Origin: Tepidamorphaceae bacterium
GTDB taxonomy: Bacteria; Pseudomonadota; Alphaproteobacteria; Rhizobiales; JAKSCL01
Reading direction: 5' to 3'
Assembly (NCBI GenBank): GCA_028289445.1
Contig: JANQPO010000014.1
Span: 238,912 to 302,911, forward strand
Length of the DNA stretch: 64,000 bases
A model generated the notes under the pieces. The model was given only the letters and a program-made list of their open reading frames with translations, did not search any database and had not been told where the DNA came from. Position 1 is the stretch's first letter; each line of letters opens with the position of its first letter. The position numbers and the translations under genes are program-made. Positions 10,221 to 21,177 of this stretch are shown here, piece by piece.

Positions 10221-12404
10221 ATGCCGTTCGATGTCGGCAAGAGGGCAGTGATGCGCCGTCAGACGACTGCTTGGCTCGCTGATGCGTTGAGGTTGTGGCC
10301 GCTGGTCTGGCCTGCGCTCGAACGAGAATGGGATCGGCTGGCGCTCTTTCTCCCGGTCGCGTTCGGCGTTGGGGCAGGGGTGTTTCTTGCAACCGGCCCG
10401 GACGGATGGGCGTTAGAGGCCCTGGCAATGGCAAGCGTCGCAGCCGGGATTGCCTGGTGGGCCCGACATCAGTCTGCCGGCGCCTTTTTCGCGCTGGTGC
10501 TTCTGGCCGCTCTCTTGGCCGGATTTGGCATGGCGGCCAGTCGAACGGACCGCTTGCAAGCGCCTATGATTGACGCGGTGGTCCCGCCGGGCTGGATGTC
10601 TGGCTACCTGACCGCGATTGAGCCGCGCTCTGACGGTTCGGCGCGCTGGACGCTTCAGGTCACGTCAATCGACCGTCTGACGTCTGAATACCGTCCTGAA
10701 CGGATTCGCCTGACGGTGCCGGCACCCAACGCAGCGATGACGCCAGGCGATCATGTGCGCTTGAGGGCCATTCTCTTTCCGGTACGCGGCCCGAATGCGC
10801 CGGGTGGCTACAATCCGCGCTTTTGGGCCTATTTCAACGGCGTTGGCGCCAATGGACGTGTTCTGTCTGAAGCCATCGTCGACGAGACGGCTTCGACCGC
10901 GCCTTCGCTGCAATTGTGGGTCTCGGCGACGATTTGGCAATTGCGCCTAGCCATCGCTGGGCGCATCACCGAGGTGCTTGGCGACCCTCACGCCGGGTTC
11001 GCCGTGGCGCTTTTGACGGGCTTGCGTGGCCTGCTTGACGTCGACGTACGCGATGCGTTGCGGATATCCGGTCTCGGTCATATCCTGGCGATTTCCGGGC
11101 TTCATATGGCGATTGTCGCGGGCGGCCTGTTCTGGGTGGTTCGCGGACTGCTTGCGTTGGTCCCGGCCGGTCGAACGGTATTTCCGGCAAAGGCCGTTGC
11201 CGCCGTGTTCGCGTTGTGTGCATCGGCGGGCTATCTGGCTCTTTCCGGCGCGGCCATCGCATCGCAGCGTGCCTTCGTCATGATCGCCATCATGTTCATC
11301 GCCGTGATCGCCGGGCGACCGGCCATCACGTTGCGCAATGTGGCACTTGCCGCCTGGGTGGTGATGCTGATGCGGCCGGAGGCCGTCTTGTCCGCCGGTT
11401 TTCAGATGTCCTTCGCGGCCACGATCGCGTTGGTCGCCGGCTACCAGGCGATCAATCCAATGCGCCTTCGGATTGCGGGTAACGCGGCATTTAGGGCCGG
11501 TTTCGGTCGCATGGCGCGCGTGGCTGGCTTGTTCGTTGCCGGTCTCATCATGACCGCGTTGTTGGCGGGATTGGCCACAGCACCGTTTGCCGCCTTCCAC
11601 TTCAACCGGGTTGCGCCATACGGCCTTGTCTCCAATGTGCTGGCCATGCCGGTCGTTTCGTTCGTCGTCATGCCGGCGGGCATTCTCGGGCTGGCCTTGA
11701 TGCCGTTCGGGTTGGACGGTCTCGCATTGTCCGTCATGGCCAAAGGGCTCGATGCGGTGACGACAGTCGCGGAATGGGTCGCGGCCATGCCGGGTGCTGC
11801 GATCCCGGTTCCCGTCTGGCCGGTCGCGGCACTCTTGTGCCTGACCGGTGCGGCCGCCGGCTTGACGCTGATGGCACGGCCGCCCCCGTTGACCCTTGCA
11901 GCTCTTGGCCTGGCAGCGATCGTACTCATTCAGACTGCCGAGCGGCCGGTGGTCTTGATCAATGCCACGGGCTCCCTGATCGCCGTGCGTGACGATACGG
12001 GGTATCTCCAGTTCTTGCGCAATCGCGGAAGTGTTTTCGCGCGTGTGGACTGGCTACGCCGCGATGGCGATCGGCGCGACCGTTCCGATCCTTCGCTGAC
12101 TGAGGGTGTGCGCTGTGATGATCTTGGGTGCGCCGTGCGAATGGCCGGCGGCGATCGTGTGGCGAACAGCCGTCATCCCGCCAGTCTGCAAGACGATTGT
12201 AACCGCGCGGTGGTGATCGTGACGCGGTATGCGGTGACGGAACGACTGGGCAATCGCTGTGCCCGCGCGCGTACAACGCCGGCCCTTGTCGTGAGGCCTG
12301 ACGATCTGGATCGCCTCGGCGCGATCGCGCTTTATCGAGGTTCGGGCGGTTTGCGGATCAAACCAAGCCGGCAGGCGGGTCCGGGTCGACCATGGCATCA
12401 ATGA
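10221..12404 (+). CDS. comEC: ComEC/Rec2 family competence-type integral membrane protein
   Basis: 727-aa polytopic membrane protein with the ISGLHMAIVAG motif typical of ComEC. Start uncertain (10221 or 10251). Confidence 0.75.
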   Translation: MPFDVGKRAVMRRQTTAWLADALRLWPLVWPALEREWDRLALFLPVAFGVGAGVFLATGPDGWALEALAMASVAAGIAWWARHQSAGAFFALVLLAALLAGFGMAASRTDRLQAPMIDAVVPPGWMSGYLTAIEPRSDGSARWTLQVTSIDRLTSEYRPERIRLTVPAPNAAMTPGDHVRLRAILFPVRGPNAPGGYNPRFWAYFNGVGANGRVLSEAIVDETASTAPSLQLWVSATIWQLRLAIAGRITEVLGDPHAGFAVALLTGLRGLLDVDVRDALRISGLGHILAISGLHMAIVAGGLFWVVRGLLALVPAGRTVFPAKAVAAVFALCASAGYLALSGAAIASQRAFVMIAIMFIAVIAGRPAITLRNVALAAWVVMLMRPEAVLSAGFQMSFAATIALVAGYQAINPMRLRIAGNAAFRAGFGRMARVAGLFVAGLIMTALLAGLATAPFAAFHFNRVAPYGLVSNVLAMPVVSFVVMPAGILGLALMPFGLDGLALSVMAKGLDAVTTVAEWVAAMPGAAIPVPVWPVAALLCLTGAAAGLTLMARPPPLTLAALGLAAIVLIQTAERPVVLINATGSLIAVRDDTGYLQFLRNRGSVFARVDWLRRDGDRRDRSDPSLTEGVRCDDLGCAVRMAGGDRVANSRHPASLQDDCNRAVVIVTRYAVTERLGNRCARARTTPALVVRPDDLDRLGAIALYRGSGGLRIKPSRQAGPGRPWHQ

Positions 12405-12476
12405 AACGCGCCAAGAAACTGATCTTCCAACGAAAGCAGGATGAGCAAGGTTGCCGAGTCTCAGTCGGCCGTGCCA

Positions 12477-13184
12477 TCAGTATCGGCGGATAAGCCCCAC
12501 GAGCTTGCCTTGAACGGCCACTTGCTCCGGACGGAAGATTCGGGTCTCGTAGGCCGGATTGGCGGCTTCCAAGGCGATGGAAGCCCCTTTACGGCGTAGC
12601 CGCTTCAAGGTCGCTTCCTCGTCTTCGATCAGCGCAACGACGATATCGCCATTATCGGCGTTCGGCGCCTTGCGAATCAGCACCGTGTCGCCATCCAGAA
12701 TGCCGGCGTCGACCATGGAATCGCCGCGCACCTCCAAGGCGAAATGCTCGCCCGTCGAGAGGAACGACGGGGGCACCGCGATGGTGTGGCTGTGGTTTTG
12801 GATTGCCGAGATCGGCGTGCCGGCGGCGATACGCCCCATCACCGGCACGGAAACGAGCTGATTGTCATCGTCAGCGCCCACAGATCTCACGGGCACCTTG
12901 CCGAGACTGCCCTCAATGACACTGGGGGAGAAGCCTTGGCCGCGCGTCACCGCCGGGCTGCGGCCCACCGAATCGGGCAGGCGAACGACTTCCAGGGCAC
13001 GGGCGCGGTGCGGCAGGCGGCGGATGAAGCCGCGCTCCTCCAACGCCGTGATCAACCGATGGATCCCCGATTTCGATCGCAGATCGAGCGCATCCTTCAT
13101 CTCGTCGAAAGAGGGCGGCACGCCGGATTCCTTTAGGCGTTGGTGGATGAACATCAAAAGTTCATGCTGTTTGCGGGTGAGCAC
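12477..13184 (-). CDS. lexA: SOS repressor LexA
   Basis: [13 protein letters not shown] winged-helix N-terminus. C-terminal S24 peptidase region ([15 protein letters not shown], Ala-Gly cleavage context). Confidence 0.95.
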   Translation of the reverse strand: MLTRKQHELLMFIHQRLKESGVPPSFDEMKDALDLRSKSGIHRLITALEERGFIRRLPHRARALEVVRLPDSVGRSPAVTRGQGFSPSVIEGSLGKVPVRSVGADDDNQLVSVPVMGRIAAGTPISAIQNHSHTIAVPPSFLSTGEHFALEVRGDSMVDAGILDGDTVLIRKAPNADNGDIVVALIEDEEATLKRLRRKGASIALEAANPAYETRIFRPEQVAVQGKLVGLIRRY

Positions 13185-13222
13185 TGCCGAACCTCCCGAA
13201 AGTCCCCCTGAAGGGCGCGTTT

Positions 13223-13237
13223 GTACAAATCGTGAAC
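13223..13237. promoter_or_regulatory. Possible second, imperfect SOS box (GTAC-N7-GAAC)
   Basis: GTACAAATCGTGAAC has one mismatch to GAAC-N7-GAAC. It lies 10 nt from the exact box. Confidence 0.4.
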
Positions 13238-13247
13238 ATTATGACAT

Positions 13248-13262
13248 GTTCTACTTGTGTTC
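13248..13262. promoter_or_regulatory. LexA operator (alphaproteobacterial SOS box GTTC-N7-GTTC)
   Basis: Exact GTTCTACTTGTGTTC, 64 nt upstream of the lexA ATG in the lexA-moeA intergenic region. Confidence 0.8.
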
Positions 13263-13300
13263 CGCAAGGGGTTAATATCGCGTTTCGGGACGGGGAAAAT

Positions 13301-14497
13301 CTAGAAGTCGAGCGGCAGGATCTCCACCGGGTCTCCGGCATTAGCGGCCGGGGCATGTGGCGGTCGAACGATCAGCGCGTTCGCTTTGGCCAGCACGGCC
13401 AGCATCGAGGAATCCTGGGTCGGATAGGCGCTGACGCCGTCGCCGTCGCGAATCGCCCGCACGTAATCCTGGCGTGGTCCATTGGCCGGCAGTGGCGATT
13501 TGAGCGGCAGTTTGGCCGAATCGCGGCGATCCTTGAGGCCGAGAAGCGCCAGAACCAGTGGCCAGAGGAAAACCCGGCCGCAAATCATCGCCGACACGGG
13601 ATTGCCGGGCAGACCCAGGAGCCGGACGCCGTCCTTTTGGGCGAACATCAGCGGTTTGCCGGGCCGCATGGCGATTTTCCAGAAGTCCAGCGGGAATCCG
13701 AGGGTCTTCAAGGCATCGCGCACCAGGTCGTGATCGCCGACCGACGCGCCGCCGAGCGTGACGATCACGTCCGGTTCGCCGGCGAGCGCTGTTTCAAGCC
13801 GTTCGTGGAGGATCCCGACGTCGTCGCGCGCAATGCCCAGGTCGATCGCGGTCGCCCCCAAGGTCTCAACCAAAGCGGCCAGGCCGTAACTGTTCGACGC
13901 GACGATTTGATGCGGTCCGGGTGTTTCGCCGGGCGGGACCAACTCCGTGCCCGTGGCGAGGATGGCGATTCGCGGCTGGCACCGCACAGACAGGTCCGCA
14001 TGGTTCATGGCCGCGGCAAGCGCGACATGGCGTGCGGTCAGGCGAAGATTGCCGGGCAGCAGTTCGTCGCCTTTTGAGAAATCGAGTCCCTCTGGGCGAA
14101 TGAAAGATCCGACCTGAACTTCGCCCTCCAACACGCTGATATCGTTTTCGTTTGCGGAGACATTTTCTTGGATCACAACGGTGTCGGCACCGTGCGGCAC
14201 CGGTGCGCCGGTGAAGATGCGCACCGTTTCGCCGGGTCCGACGTGTCCATCAAAGCCAGCGCCGGCGATCGATTCGCCGATCTGGCGCAATGTGGCGGGA
14301 AGCGTCGCGACATCGGCGGCGCGGCAGGCGTAACCGTCCATCGCGGAGGCCGGAAACGGCGGTTGCGTGCGAAGACTGACAAGCGGCTCGGCCAGTACGC
14401 GACCGGCAGCTTTAGACAGTGGGACACGCTCGGTCGAAACGGGCACGACACCGTCAAGAATGCGCGACAATGCCTCTTCGACGGGCAAAAGGCTCAC
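13301..14497 (-). CDS. moeA: Molybdopterin molybdotransferase MoeA
   Basis: 398 aa starting [14 protein letters not shown], with a SAMDGYA motif. Overlaps moaC by 4 nt. Confidence 0.9.
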   Translation of the reverse strand: MSLLPVEEALSRILDGVVPVSTERVPLSKAAGRVLAEPLVSLRTQPPFPASAMDGYACRAADVATLPATLRQIGESIAGAGFDGHVGPGETVRIFTGAPVPHGADTVVIQENVSANENDISVLEGEVQVGSFIRPEGLDFSKGDELLPGNLRLTARHVALAAAMNHADLSVRCQPRIAILATGTELVPPGETPGPHQIVASNSYGLAALVETLGATAIDLGIARDDVGILHERLETALAGEPDVIVTLGGASVGDHDLVRDALKTLGFPLDFWKIAMRPGKPLMFAQKDGVRLLGLPGNPVSAMICGRVFLWPLVLALLGLKDRRDSAKLPLKSPLPANGPRQDYVRAIRDGDGVSAYPTQDSSMLAVLAKANALIVRPPHAPAANAGDPVEILPLDF

Positions 14498-14997
14498 GGT
14501 GCGGCAGGCTCCTGACGGACATAATCGCCGGATGCGCCGCCCGATTTATGCACAAGTTGTACACCGGTTATCCTCATGCCCCGGTCAACAGCCTTCACCA
14601 TGTCGTAGACGGTCAGGCAAGCGACAGAGACCGCCGTCAAGGCCTCCATCTCCACGCCGGTCTGCCCGGTGGTCTTGGCAGTCGCGATGACGTGGACGGC
14701 GGGTGGACTGTCCTCCAAGACAAGGTCCACGCCGACTTTCGACAACGCTAGTGTGTGGCAGAGCGGGATCAGATCGCTGGTGCGCTTGGCCGCCATGATG
14801 CCGGCGAGCCGTGCCGTGCCGAGAACATCGCCCTTCTTGGCGTCGCCGGCGCGGATCAAGGCGAGTGTCTCGCCGTTCATTAAGATGCGACCCTCGGCGA
14901 CAGCGACACGTTCCGTGATCGGCTTGGCGGAGACATCCACCATGGATGCTTCGCCACTCTCGTCGATATGGGTAAGTTTTTGTTTACCGTTAGCCAT
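14494..14997 (-). CDS. moaC: Cyclic pyranopterin monophosphate synthase MoaC
   Basis: [19 protein letters not shown] and LIPLCH motifs. Confidence 0.93.
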   Translation of the reverse strand: MANGKQKLTHIDESGEASMVDVSAKPITERVAVAEGRILMNGETLALIRAGDAKKGDVLGTARLAGIMAAKRTSDLIPLCHTLALSKVGVDLVLEDSPPAVHVIATAKTTGQTGVEMEALTAVSVACLTVYDMVKAVDRGMRITGVQLVHKSGGASGDYVRQEPAAP

Positions 14998-15021
14998 CGC
15001 TTTAATAATTTGATAACTCTA

Positions 15022-15837
15022 TCATTCTGCGGCAGCACGCCGAAAGGGTTGCTCGACGAGATCACGGGTTGCTGCGGTGACATCGTGTTGCCGCATCATG
15101 CTTTCGCCGATCAGGAAGCGCGTCACACCGGCCCTTGCCAACCGATCGAGGTCGGCGCGGGCGAACAATCCGCTTTCGCCGATGACATGACGGTCGCTTG
15201 GGACCTGTGGCGCTAAGGTCTCGGTCGTATCAAGCGTCGTTTCGAAGGTTCGAAGGTTGCGATTGTTGATGCCGATCAGGGGTGAGCGCAGTTTCAGTGC
15301 GCGGTCCAGCTCAATATCGTCGTGGACCTCGATAAGGACGTCCATTCCAATGTCCACGGCCGTGTCCTCGAGCGCGAGGGCTGCCGCATCGTCGACAGCG
15401 GCCATGATGATGAGGATCGCATCGGCGCCCCAGGCCCGGGCTTCGAATACCTGATAGGGCTCGAACATGAAGTCCTTGCGCAGCACGGGAAGCTTCGTCG
15501 CGTCGCGGGCGGCCGCCAGATAGCTCGGGTCACCCTGGAAATAGGGCATGTCGGTCAAAACGGAGAGACAGGCCGCGCCGCCGTCCTCATAGGCCTTAGC
15601 CAGCGCCGGAGGGTCGAAGTCCGGCCGGATCAAGCCCTTGGATGGGCTGGCTTTTTTGATTTCTGCGATCAGCGCATAGCGGCCGGCGTCGACGGTTCTG
15701 TCGAGTGCCGCCGTGAAAGGGCGCGGCGCTGGCATATCGGCGGCACGCTGTTTGATGTCGTCGAGCGGGATCGCCGCCTTTGCGGCAGTAATCTCCTGGC
15801 GTTTCGTCGCTTCGATCTTCTTGAGGATATCGGTCAT
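15022..15837 (-). CDS. trpC: Indole-3-glycerol phosphate synthase
   Basis: [14 protein letters not shown] and LRKDF motifs. Overlaps trpD by 4 nt. Confidence 0.93.
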   Translation of the reverse strand: MTDILKKIEATKRQEITAAKAAIPLDDIKQRAADMPAPRPFTAALDRTVDAGRYALIAEIKKASPSKGLIRPDFDPPALAKAYEDGGAACLSVLTDMPYFQGDPSYLAAARDATKLPVLRKDFMFEPYQVFEARAWGADAILIIMAAVDDAAALALEDTAVDIGMDVLIEVHDDIELDRALKLRSPLIGINNRNLRTFETTLDTTETLAPQVPSDRHVIGESGLFARADLDRLARAGVTRFLIGESMMRQHDVTAATRDLVEQPFRRAAAE

Positions 15838-16847
15838 CGCCCTTGCCTGTCATTGGACACTTCGATGAGGGCGTGAAGCACGCGTTTCGCCGCACCGCTG
15901 TCGATCGCGACGACCGCTTTGGCAATCCCGTCGGCGATTGAATCCGCAATATTTGCAACTACTAAGGCGGCACCGGCATTCAGCGTTACGACGTCACGAA
16001 AGGCACCGGAATCGCCGTTCAAGACGCTGCGGATCGCGTCGGCGTTGGCTTCGGCGTTGCCACCGATGAGGTCATCCATGCGCACGCGCGCCAGGCCGAA
16101 ATCTTCCGGTTTTACATTCGCTACGGTCACCGTGCCGCCGCTGAGATCGGCCATCAGCGTCTCACCGGTCGTCGTCATCTCGTCCATGCCGTCGCCGTGA
16201 ACGACAATGGCTCTTTCGCAGCCGAGATTGTTCAAGACGTGGGCGATCGGTTCCACCCAGTCGGGCGAAAACACACCGACCATCTGGCGGGCTACGCCAG
16301 CCGGATTGGAGAGAGGACCGAGCAGGTTGAAGATCGTCCGGGTCGCCAGTTCGACCCGCGTTGGGCCGACGTTCTTCATGGCCGGGTGGTGGGCCGGCGC
16401 GAACATGAAGCCGAGGCCGGTTTCGGCGATACAGCGGCCGACTGCGTCCGGCGACAACTCGATATTGACTCCGAGCGCCGTCAACACGTCGGCGGCACCT
16501 GACTTCGAAGAGATTGCGCGGTTGCCGTGTTTGGCGATCACGGCGCCGGCGCCGGCCGCGACGATCGCCGAACAGGTTGAGATGTTGAGCGTGCCCTTGG
16601 CGTCGCCTCCAGTGCCGACGATATCGATCGCGCCGGCCGGTGCCACGACCGGCACCATCTTGTCGCGCATCACACGGACCGCGCCGGTGATCTCGTCGAC
16701 AGTCTCGCCCTTGACCCGCAAACCCATCAGGAAGGCGCCGATCTGAGACGGCGTCGCGTCGCCGGACATGATGGTGTTGAAGGCGTCGGCGGCGGCCACC
16801 GCGTCCAAATCCGCTCCCGATGCGATCGTGGCAAGGTGCGCTTTCAT
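15834..16847 (-). CDS. trpD: Anthranilate phosphoribosyltransferase
   Basis: [17 protein letters not shown] and [17 protein letters not shown] motifs. Confidence 0.94.
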   Translation of the reverse strand: MKAHLATIASGADLDAVAAADAFNTIMSGDATPSQIGAFLMGLRVKGETVDEITGAVRVMRDKMVPVVAPAGAIDIVGTGGDAKGTLNISTCSAIVAAGAGAVIAKHGNRAISSKSGAADVLTALGVNIELSPDAVGRCIAETGLGFMFAPAHHPAMKNVGPTRVELATRTIFNLLGPLSNPAGVARQMVGVFSPDWVEPIAHVLNNLGCERAIVVHGDGMDEMTTTGETLMADLSGGTVTVANVKPEDFGLARVRMDDLIGGNAEANADAIRSVLNGDSGAFRDVVTLNAGAALVVANIADSIADGIAKAVVAIDSGAAKRVLHALIEVSNDRQGR

Positions 16848-16858
16848 CGCGATAGTCC

Positions 16859-17458
16859 TCAGGCCGCTGATCGGTGCGCGCCGTTCCAGCGCTTCGCCAG
16901 ATTCAGAAAATTATTCAATATCTTGTGACCGTGTTCGGATGCGATGCTTTCAGGATGAAACTGCACACCGTGGACGGGTAGAGACCGGTGCCGCAGCCCC
17001 ATGATGACGCGATCGCCGCTTCTGGCCGTCACCTCAAGGTCGGCCGGCACGCTGTCGGGTTCAATCGTCAGCGAATGATAGCGTGTCGCGGTGAAATCCT
17101 GCGGCAAGCCCTCAAACACGCCATCGCCGGAATGGCTGATCCGGCTGGTCTTGCCGTGCATGAGGCTTGGCGCGCTGACCACGCGACCGCCGAAGGCCTG
17201 GCCAATCGACTGATGACCGAGGCAGACGCCGAAGATCGGGATCGTCGGGGCGGCCGCCGCAATCAAATCGAGGCAAATGCCGGCTTCGTTCGGCGTACAA
17301 GGGCCCGGCGACAGCACGATCGCGTCCGGCCGACGCGCGACAATATCCTCCGGTGTCACCGTGTCGTTGCGGTGAACTTCGAGCGTCGCCCCCAACTCGC
17401 CCAGAAAGTGCACGAGGTTGTAGGTGAAGCTGTCATAGTTATCGACGACAACGATCAT
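16859..17458 (-). CDS. trpG: Anthranilate synthase component II (glutamine amidotransferase)
   Basis: [16 protein letters not shown] start with GVCLGHQ and HPES triad motifs. The ORF-track N-terminal extension is rejected because it would overlap trpE. Confidence 0.9.
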   Translation of the reverse strand: MIVVVDNYDSFTYNLVHFLGELGATLEVHRNDTVTPEDIVARRPDAIVLSPGPCTPNEAGICLDLIAAAAPTIPIFGVCLGHQSIGQAFGGRVVSAPSLMHGKTSRISHSGDGVFEGLPQDFTATRYHSLTIEPDSVPADLEVTARSGDRVIMGLRHRSLPVHGVQFHPESIASEHGHKILNNFLNLAKRWNGAHRSAA

Positions 17459-17486
17459 CGGCCGGCTGAACTCCCATTCGCCGTCA

Positions 17487-19001
17487 TCATTGCCCCCGAT
17501 TGACGCGAGATGCAAAGCGAACCGCTTCTTCGGCGGCACGAAAGAGCGCTTTCGCCTTATTCTCGCACTCGGTTTGTTCTGACTCGGGCACGGAATCCGC
17601 CACGATGCCGGCGCCGGCCTGGACATACATCGTGCCGTCCTTAATCACGGACGTTCGCAAGACGATGCAGGTGTCCATGGCGCCATCGGCGGTGAAGTAG
17701 CCGACGCAACCGGCATAGGGGCCGCGCTTTTCAAGCTCCAGTTCGTCGATGATTTCCATTGCCCGCACTTTCGGCGCGCCGGACACGGTGCCGGCCGGGA
17801 AGCCGGCGGCCAGCGCATCGAGGGCGTCCTTGTCGTCGGCAAGGGCGCCGACGACGTTCGAGACGATGTGCATCACGTGGCTGTAGTGCTCGACGAAAAA
17901 CTGGTCGGTGACGGTCACCGATCCGATCTCGGCGACGCGGCCGACGTCGTTGCGGCCGAGATCGAGGAGCATCAGGTGCTCGGCGCGTTCCTTCGGATCG
18001 GCCAAGAGATCATCCTCAAGAGCCTTGTCCTCGCCGGGCGTCGCGCCGCGCGGCCGGGTTCCGGCAATCGGACGTATGGTCACTTCGCCATCGCGGACCC
18101 GCACCAGGATTTCCGGACTGGAGCCGGCAACCGCAAAGCCGCCAAAATCGAGAAAATAGAGGAACGGCGCAGGATTGACCCGGCGAAGCGCCCGGTAAAG
18201 CGCAAAGGGCGGAAGCGGGAAGGGCGCCTCGAACCGCTGGGACAGGACGACCTGGAAGATGTCGCCCGCGGTGATATAGGCCTTCGCCTTTTCGACCATC
18301 TCCATGTACCGGTCGCGGGGTGTGTTGGAGGTCGTCGTCAGGTCGAGCGGGACATCATCGATAGCCGCTGAACGATCGAGGGGTTGATCGAGTGCGTCGA
18401 CGACCTGATTCACCCGATCGTTGGCGCGGGCATAGGCAGCCTTGGCGGAAACGCCGTCGCGCGGGCGAACGGATGTGACGACGGTTATCTCATCTTTCAC
18501 CGCATCGAAGATGACGACGATCTGCGGCCGCGTCAGGATGGCGTCAGGCAGGCCGAGGACATCCGGATTGGCGTCCGGCAATTGCTCCATATGGCGCACC
18601 ATGTCGTAGCCCAGATATCCGAAGACGCCAGCGGCCATCGGCGGCAGCCCTTCGGGAAGTGCGATCCGGCTGTCCGCGATCAGTGTCCTCAAGGCTTCGA
18701 GCGGCGGTTCTTCAATCGGTTCGAACGCATCGGGCGCCAAGCCGGGCGTCCGGTTGATCTCGGCCACGCCGTCGACGGTGCGCCAGATAACGTCCGGATC
18801 GAAGCCGATCATCGAATAGCGGCCGCGCACGGCACCGCCTTCGACGGATTCCAGAAGGAACGCGTTGGCGCGGCTGCCGGCGAGCTTTAACATCGCCGAT
18901 ACGGGCGTTTCGAGATCGGCTACGAGGGTTGCCCAGACGACTTGCGGCGTCTGGGCGCGATAGGCGGCCTCGAACGCCTCAAAGTCCGGCGCGATGTTCA
19001 T
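17487..19001 (-). CDS. trpE: Anthranilate synthase component I
   Basis: 504 aa with LLESVEGG, GGPYAGCVGYF and GAGIVADS motifs. Confidence 0.94.
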   Translation of the reverse strand: MNIAPDFEAFEAAYRAQTPQVVWATLVADLETPVSAMLKLAGSRANAFLLESVEGGAVRGRYSMIGFDPDVIWRTVDGVAEINRTPGLAPDAFEPIEEPPLEALRTLIADSRIALPEGLPPMAAGVFGYLGYDMVRHMEQLPDANPDVLGLPDAILTRPQIVVIFDAVKDEITVVTSVRPRDGVSAKAAYARANDRVNQVVDALDQPLDRSAAIDDVPLDLTTTSNTPRDRYMEMVEKAKAYITAGDIFQVVLSQRFEAPFPLPPFALYRALRRVNPAPFLYFLDFGGFAVAGSSPEILVRVRDGEVTIRPIAGTRPRGATPGEDKALEDDLLADPKERAEHLMLLDLGRNDVGRVAEIGSVTVTDQFFVEHYSHVMHIVSNVVGALADDKDALDALAAGFPAGTVSGAPKVRAMEIIDELELEKRGPYAGCVGYFTADGAMDTCIVLRTSVIKDGTMYVQAGAGIVADSVPESEQTECENKAKALFRAAEEAVRFASRVNRGQ

Positions 19002-19011
19002 GGAACCCGGT

Positions 19012-20916
19012 TCACATGCCTTCGTGTGGTGTCAGCCCGAGCGCCAAGTTGAGGGCGTTCTGGTTGACCGTGGCGCCAATGACGCGACGCTTTTCGACGA
19101 CATACTGGGCCACGAGATCATCGGCGAGACCAATCGACAGGCGATCGGCAAGCGCCGCTGCGTCGGCTTCGGTGGGATCGAAGGGCGGCGTGCTGGCATT
19201 GGCCACGATTGCCACGATTCGATCCGCTCCGTTGCCGTGAACGACCTCGAACGGTGTGCCGACCTCCTGAGAAAAGAGCGTTTCAATCGCCTGCCGGTTG
19301 AGGTCCTCTGTCGCGTCCGTGCGATTCAAGGGCGCGGTGCGCGTGATGAACAGCGAGTCCTCGGCCGCGATGGCATCCAGCGTTTCTCCGCCCCGGATGC
19401 GATCGAGCAACGCGTTGGCGCGCTCTGTCAGGGTTGCCTGTACCTGCTCCGCCGTCCAGGCCTCGATAACTGCGTCGCGCACTTCGTCGAGCGCTTGGTC
19501 GCGGGCCAGGGTGATGTCGGTCACGTCGTACCAGACCGATCCGGCGGCGCCGACCTGAAGCGGATCGGTCTCGATCCCGACATCGGTCTCGTGCACGGCG
19601 GCGATCAACTGCGAGGAAACCGGAAGCCCAGAGACGACAGCGCCGTTTGCATCGCGCCCGGTACGATCAATTGCGGCAATTTCGGTGTAGGTCATGCCGG
19701 GCTTCGCGCCGATCTCCTTTAGCGTCAATCCGGCGGCGCGGTCGTCCTCGATCGCGTCGAAAAGGTCGAACATTTGATCGTTGGCGCGTTCGACCGACAC
19801 CGTGAAGCGCAGCGTGTCCTTGACCTCGTCGAAGGATTGAACGGTCTCCGGCTGAATGTCGGCGACAGTCACCAGTAGCGTGCGGAACTGACCTTTGACC
19901 GGGTTAGACACCTCGCCGGCGGTCAGGGCGAAGGCGACATCGGCCACCGTTTGATCGAGCATATCGGCCCTGGCGACCGTACCCAGATCGGTGTCTTCGG
20001 CCGTCAGGTTCATCTCCTCAGCCAGCGCGTCGAAGGTCAGGCCGCCGTCGATGCGCGTTTTTGCCGCGGCGGCATCCTCTTCACTGTCGAACGGGATCTG
20101 CCGGACGGTGCGGCGCTCCGGCGTCGCGAAGTCGGCCTCGCGGATCGCGAATTCCTCGGCCAGGTCTTCGTCGGAAATCTCGATCGTGTCGGCGACGGCT
20201 TCCGGTTCCAGCAACAGATAGCCGAAGGCCCGGTACTCCGGCGCCGCGAACCGGCTCTGATTGGGCTCGAAATAGGCGTTGAGCGTCGTTTCATCGGGCG
20301 GCGTGACGGCCGGCACGTTGTTCGCGCTCAGCGTGATGAACCGGGCTGTGCGCGCCTCGTTTTGATAAGTGTGGACGATTTCCTGCATAGTCGGCGGCGG
20401 GGCGATGCCGCCCGTGAGCGCTTCGGCGACCTGGCGGCGGCGGGCCACGGCCTGAAGCTGCGCCACGTAACCCGCTTCCGACAGATTGTTGGACCGCAGG
20501 AAGCCGTCGAGCGCCGCACGGCTGAAGCTGCCGAGCGCGCTGGTGAACTGAGGATCGACCAGTATCTCAGCTGCGATCTTGTCAGTAGATGCGCCGACAC
20601 CGCGGCGGCGAGCGTCCTCGTCGAGCGTCGCTTCGTTGATCATCTGATTGAGCACGATTTGATCGATCCCAAACTGCCGGGCATCGTTCAGCGCGAGCGG
20701 ACGCCCGATCTGACGGCCGAAGCGTTGGGTTTCGATCTGAAAGGCGCGCTGGAATTCCTCCTGCGGAATCTTGGTGTCGCCGACCTCGGCGACATCGCGG
20801 CCGCCATAGCCCGTGAAGATGTCGGCGATGCCCCATACCGCGAAGGACAGCACCAACACTGCGATAAAAATCTTGGCGACGATGCCGCCGGCGCCTTTGC
20901 GCATGCGATCAAGCAT
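19012..20916 (-). CDS. ppiD: PpiD/SurA-like periplasmic chaperone (peptidyl-prolyl isomerase family)
   Basis: 634 aa with an N-terminal membrane anchor (MLDRMRKGAGGIVAKIFIAVLVLSFAVWG) and a long SurA-N-like region. Usual neighbour of trpE in Rhizobiales-type genomes. Confidence 0.75.
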   Translation of the reverse strand: MLDRMRKGAGGIVAKIFIAVLVLSFAVWGIADIFTGYGGRDVAEVGDTKIPQEEFQRAFQIETQRFGRQIGRPLALNDARQFGIDQIVLNQMINEATLDEDARRRGVGASTDKIAAEILVDPQFTSALGSFSRAALDGFLRSNNLSEAGYVAQLQAVARRRQVAEALTGGIAPPPTMQEIVHTYQNEARTARFITLSANNVPAVTPPDETTLNAYFEPNQSRFAAPEYRAFGYLLLEPEAVADTIEISDEDLAEEFAIREADFATPERRTVRQIPFDSEEDAAAAKTRIDGGLTFDALAEEMNLTAEDTDLGTVARADMLDQTVADVAFALTAGEVSNPVKGQFRTLLVTVADIQPETVQSFDEVKDTLRFTVSVERANDQMFDLFDAIEDDRAAGLTLKEIGAKPGMTYTEIAAIDRTGRDANGAVVSGLPVSSQLIAAVHETDVGIETDPLQVGAAGSVWYDVTDITLARDQALDEVRDAVIEAWTAEQVQATLTERANALLDRIRGGETLDAIAAEDSLFITRTAPLNRTDATEDLNRQAIETLFSQEVGTPFEVVHGNGADRIVAIVANASTPPFDPTEADAAALADRLSIGLADDLVAQYVVEKRRVIGATVNQNALNLALGLTPHEGM

Positions 20917-21177
20917 GGAACCTCAACCTGGATGGTTGCCGCGCGACCCTTGGCGGGCTCTGCCGGCAAATTAGCGGCGCATCATATGGGCGCCAAAACC
21001 GAGCCGCAAGCGACAAACTTGGCGATTTTGGGGCGATTATGCGTTTACAAAACGGTATTTGGCGAAGACACTTGTCCGACCGCCACAGTCTGATAACACG
21101 AGTGCGAGATTACAAAAAAGGCGGGACTTGGCAGCGCGGTCTCAAAGACCCGCGCGTGGGCAACAGGGCAGTTCAGA

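Noticed and set aside
19002-19011. I looked for a trp leader peptide or attenuator upstream of trpE.
   Set aside because: Only 10 nt separate the ppiD stop from the trpE start, so there is no room for a leader or terminator structure. trpE appears to be transcribed with, or from within, ppiD.
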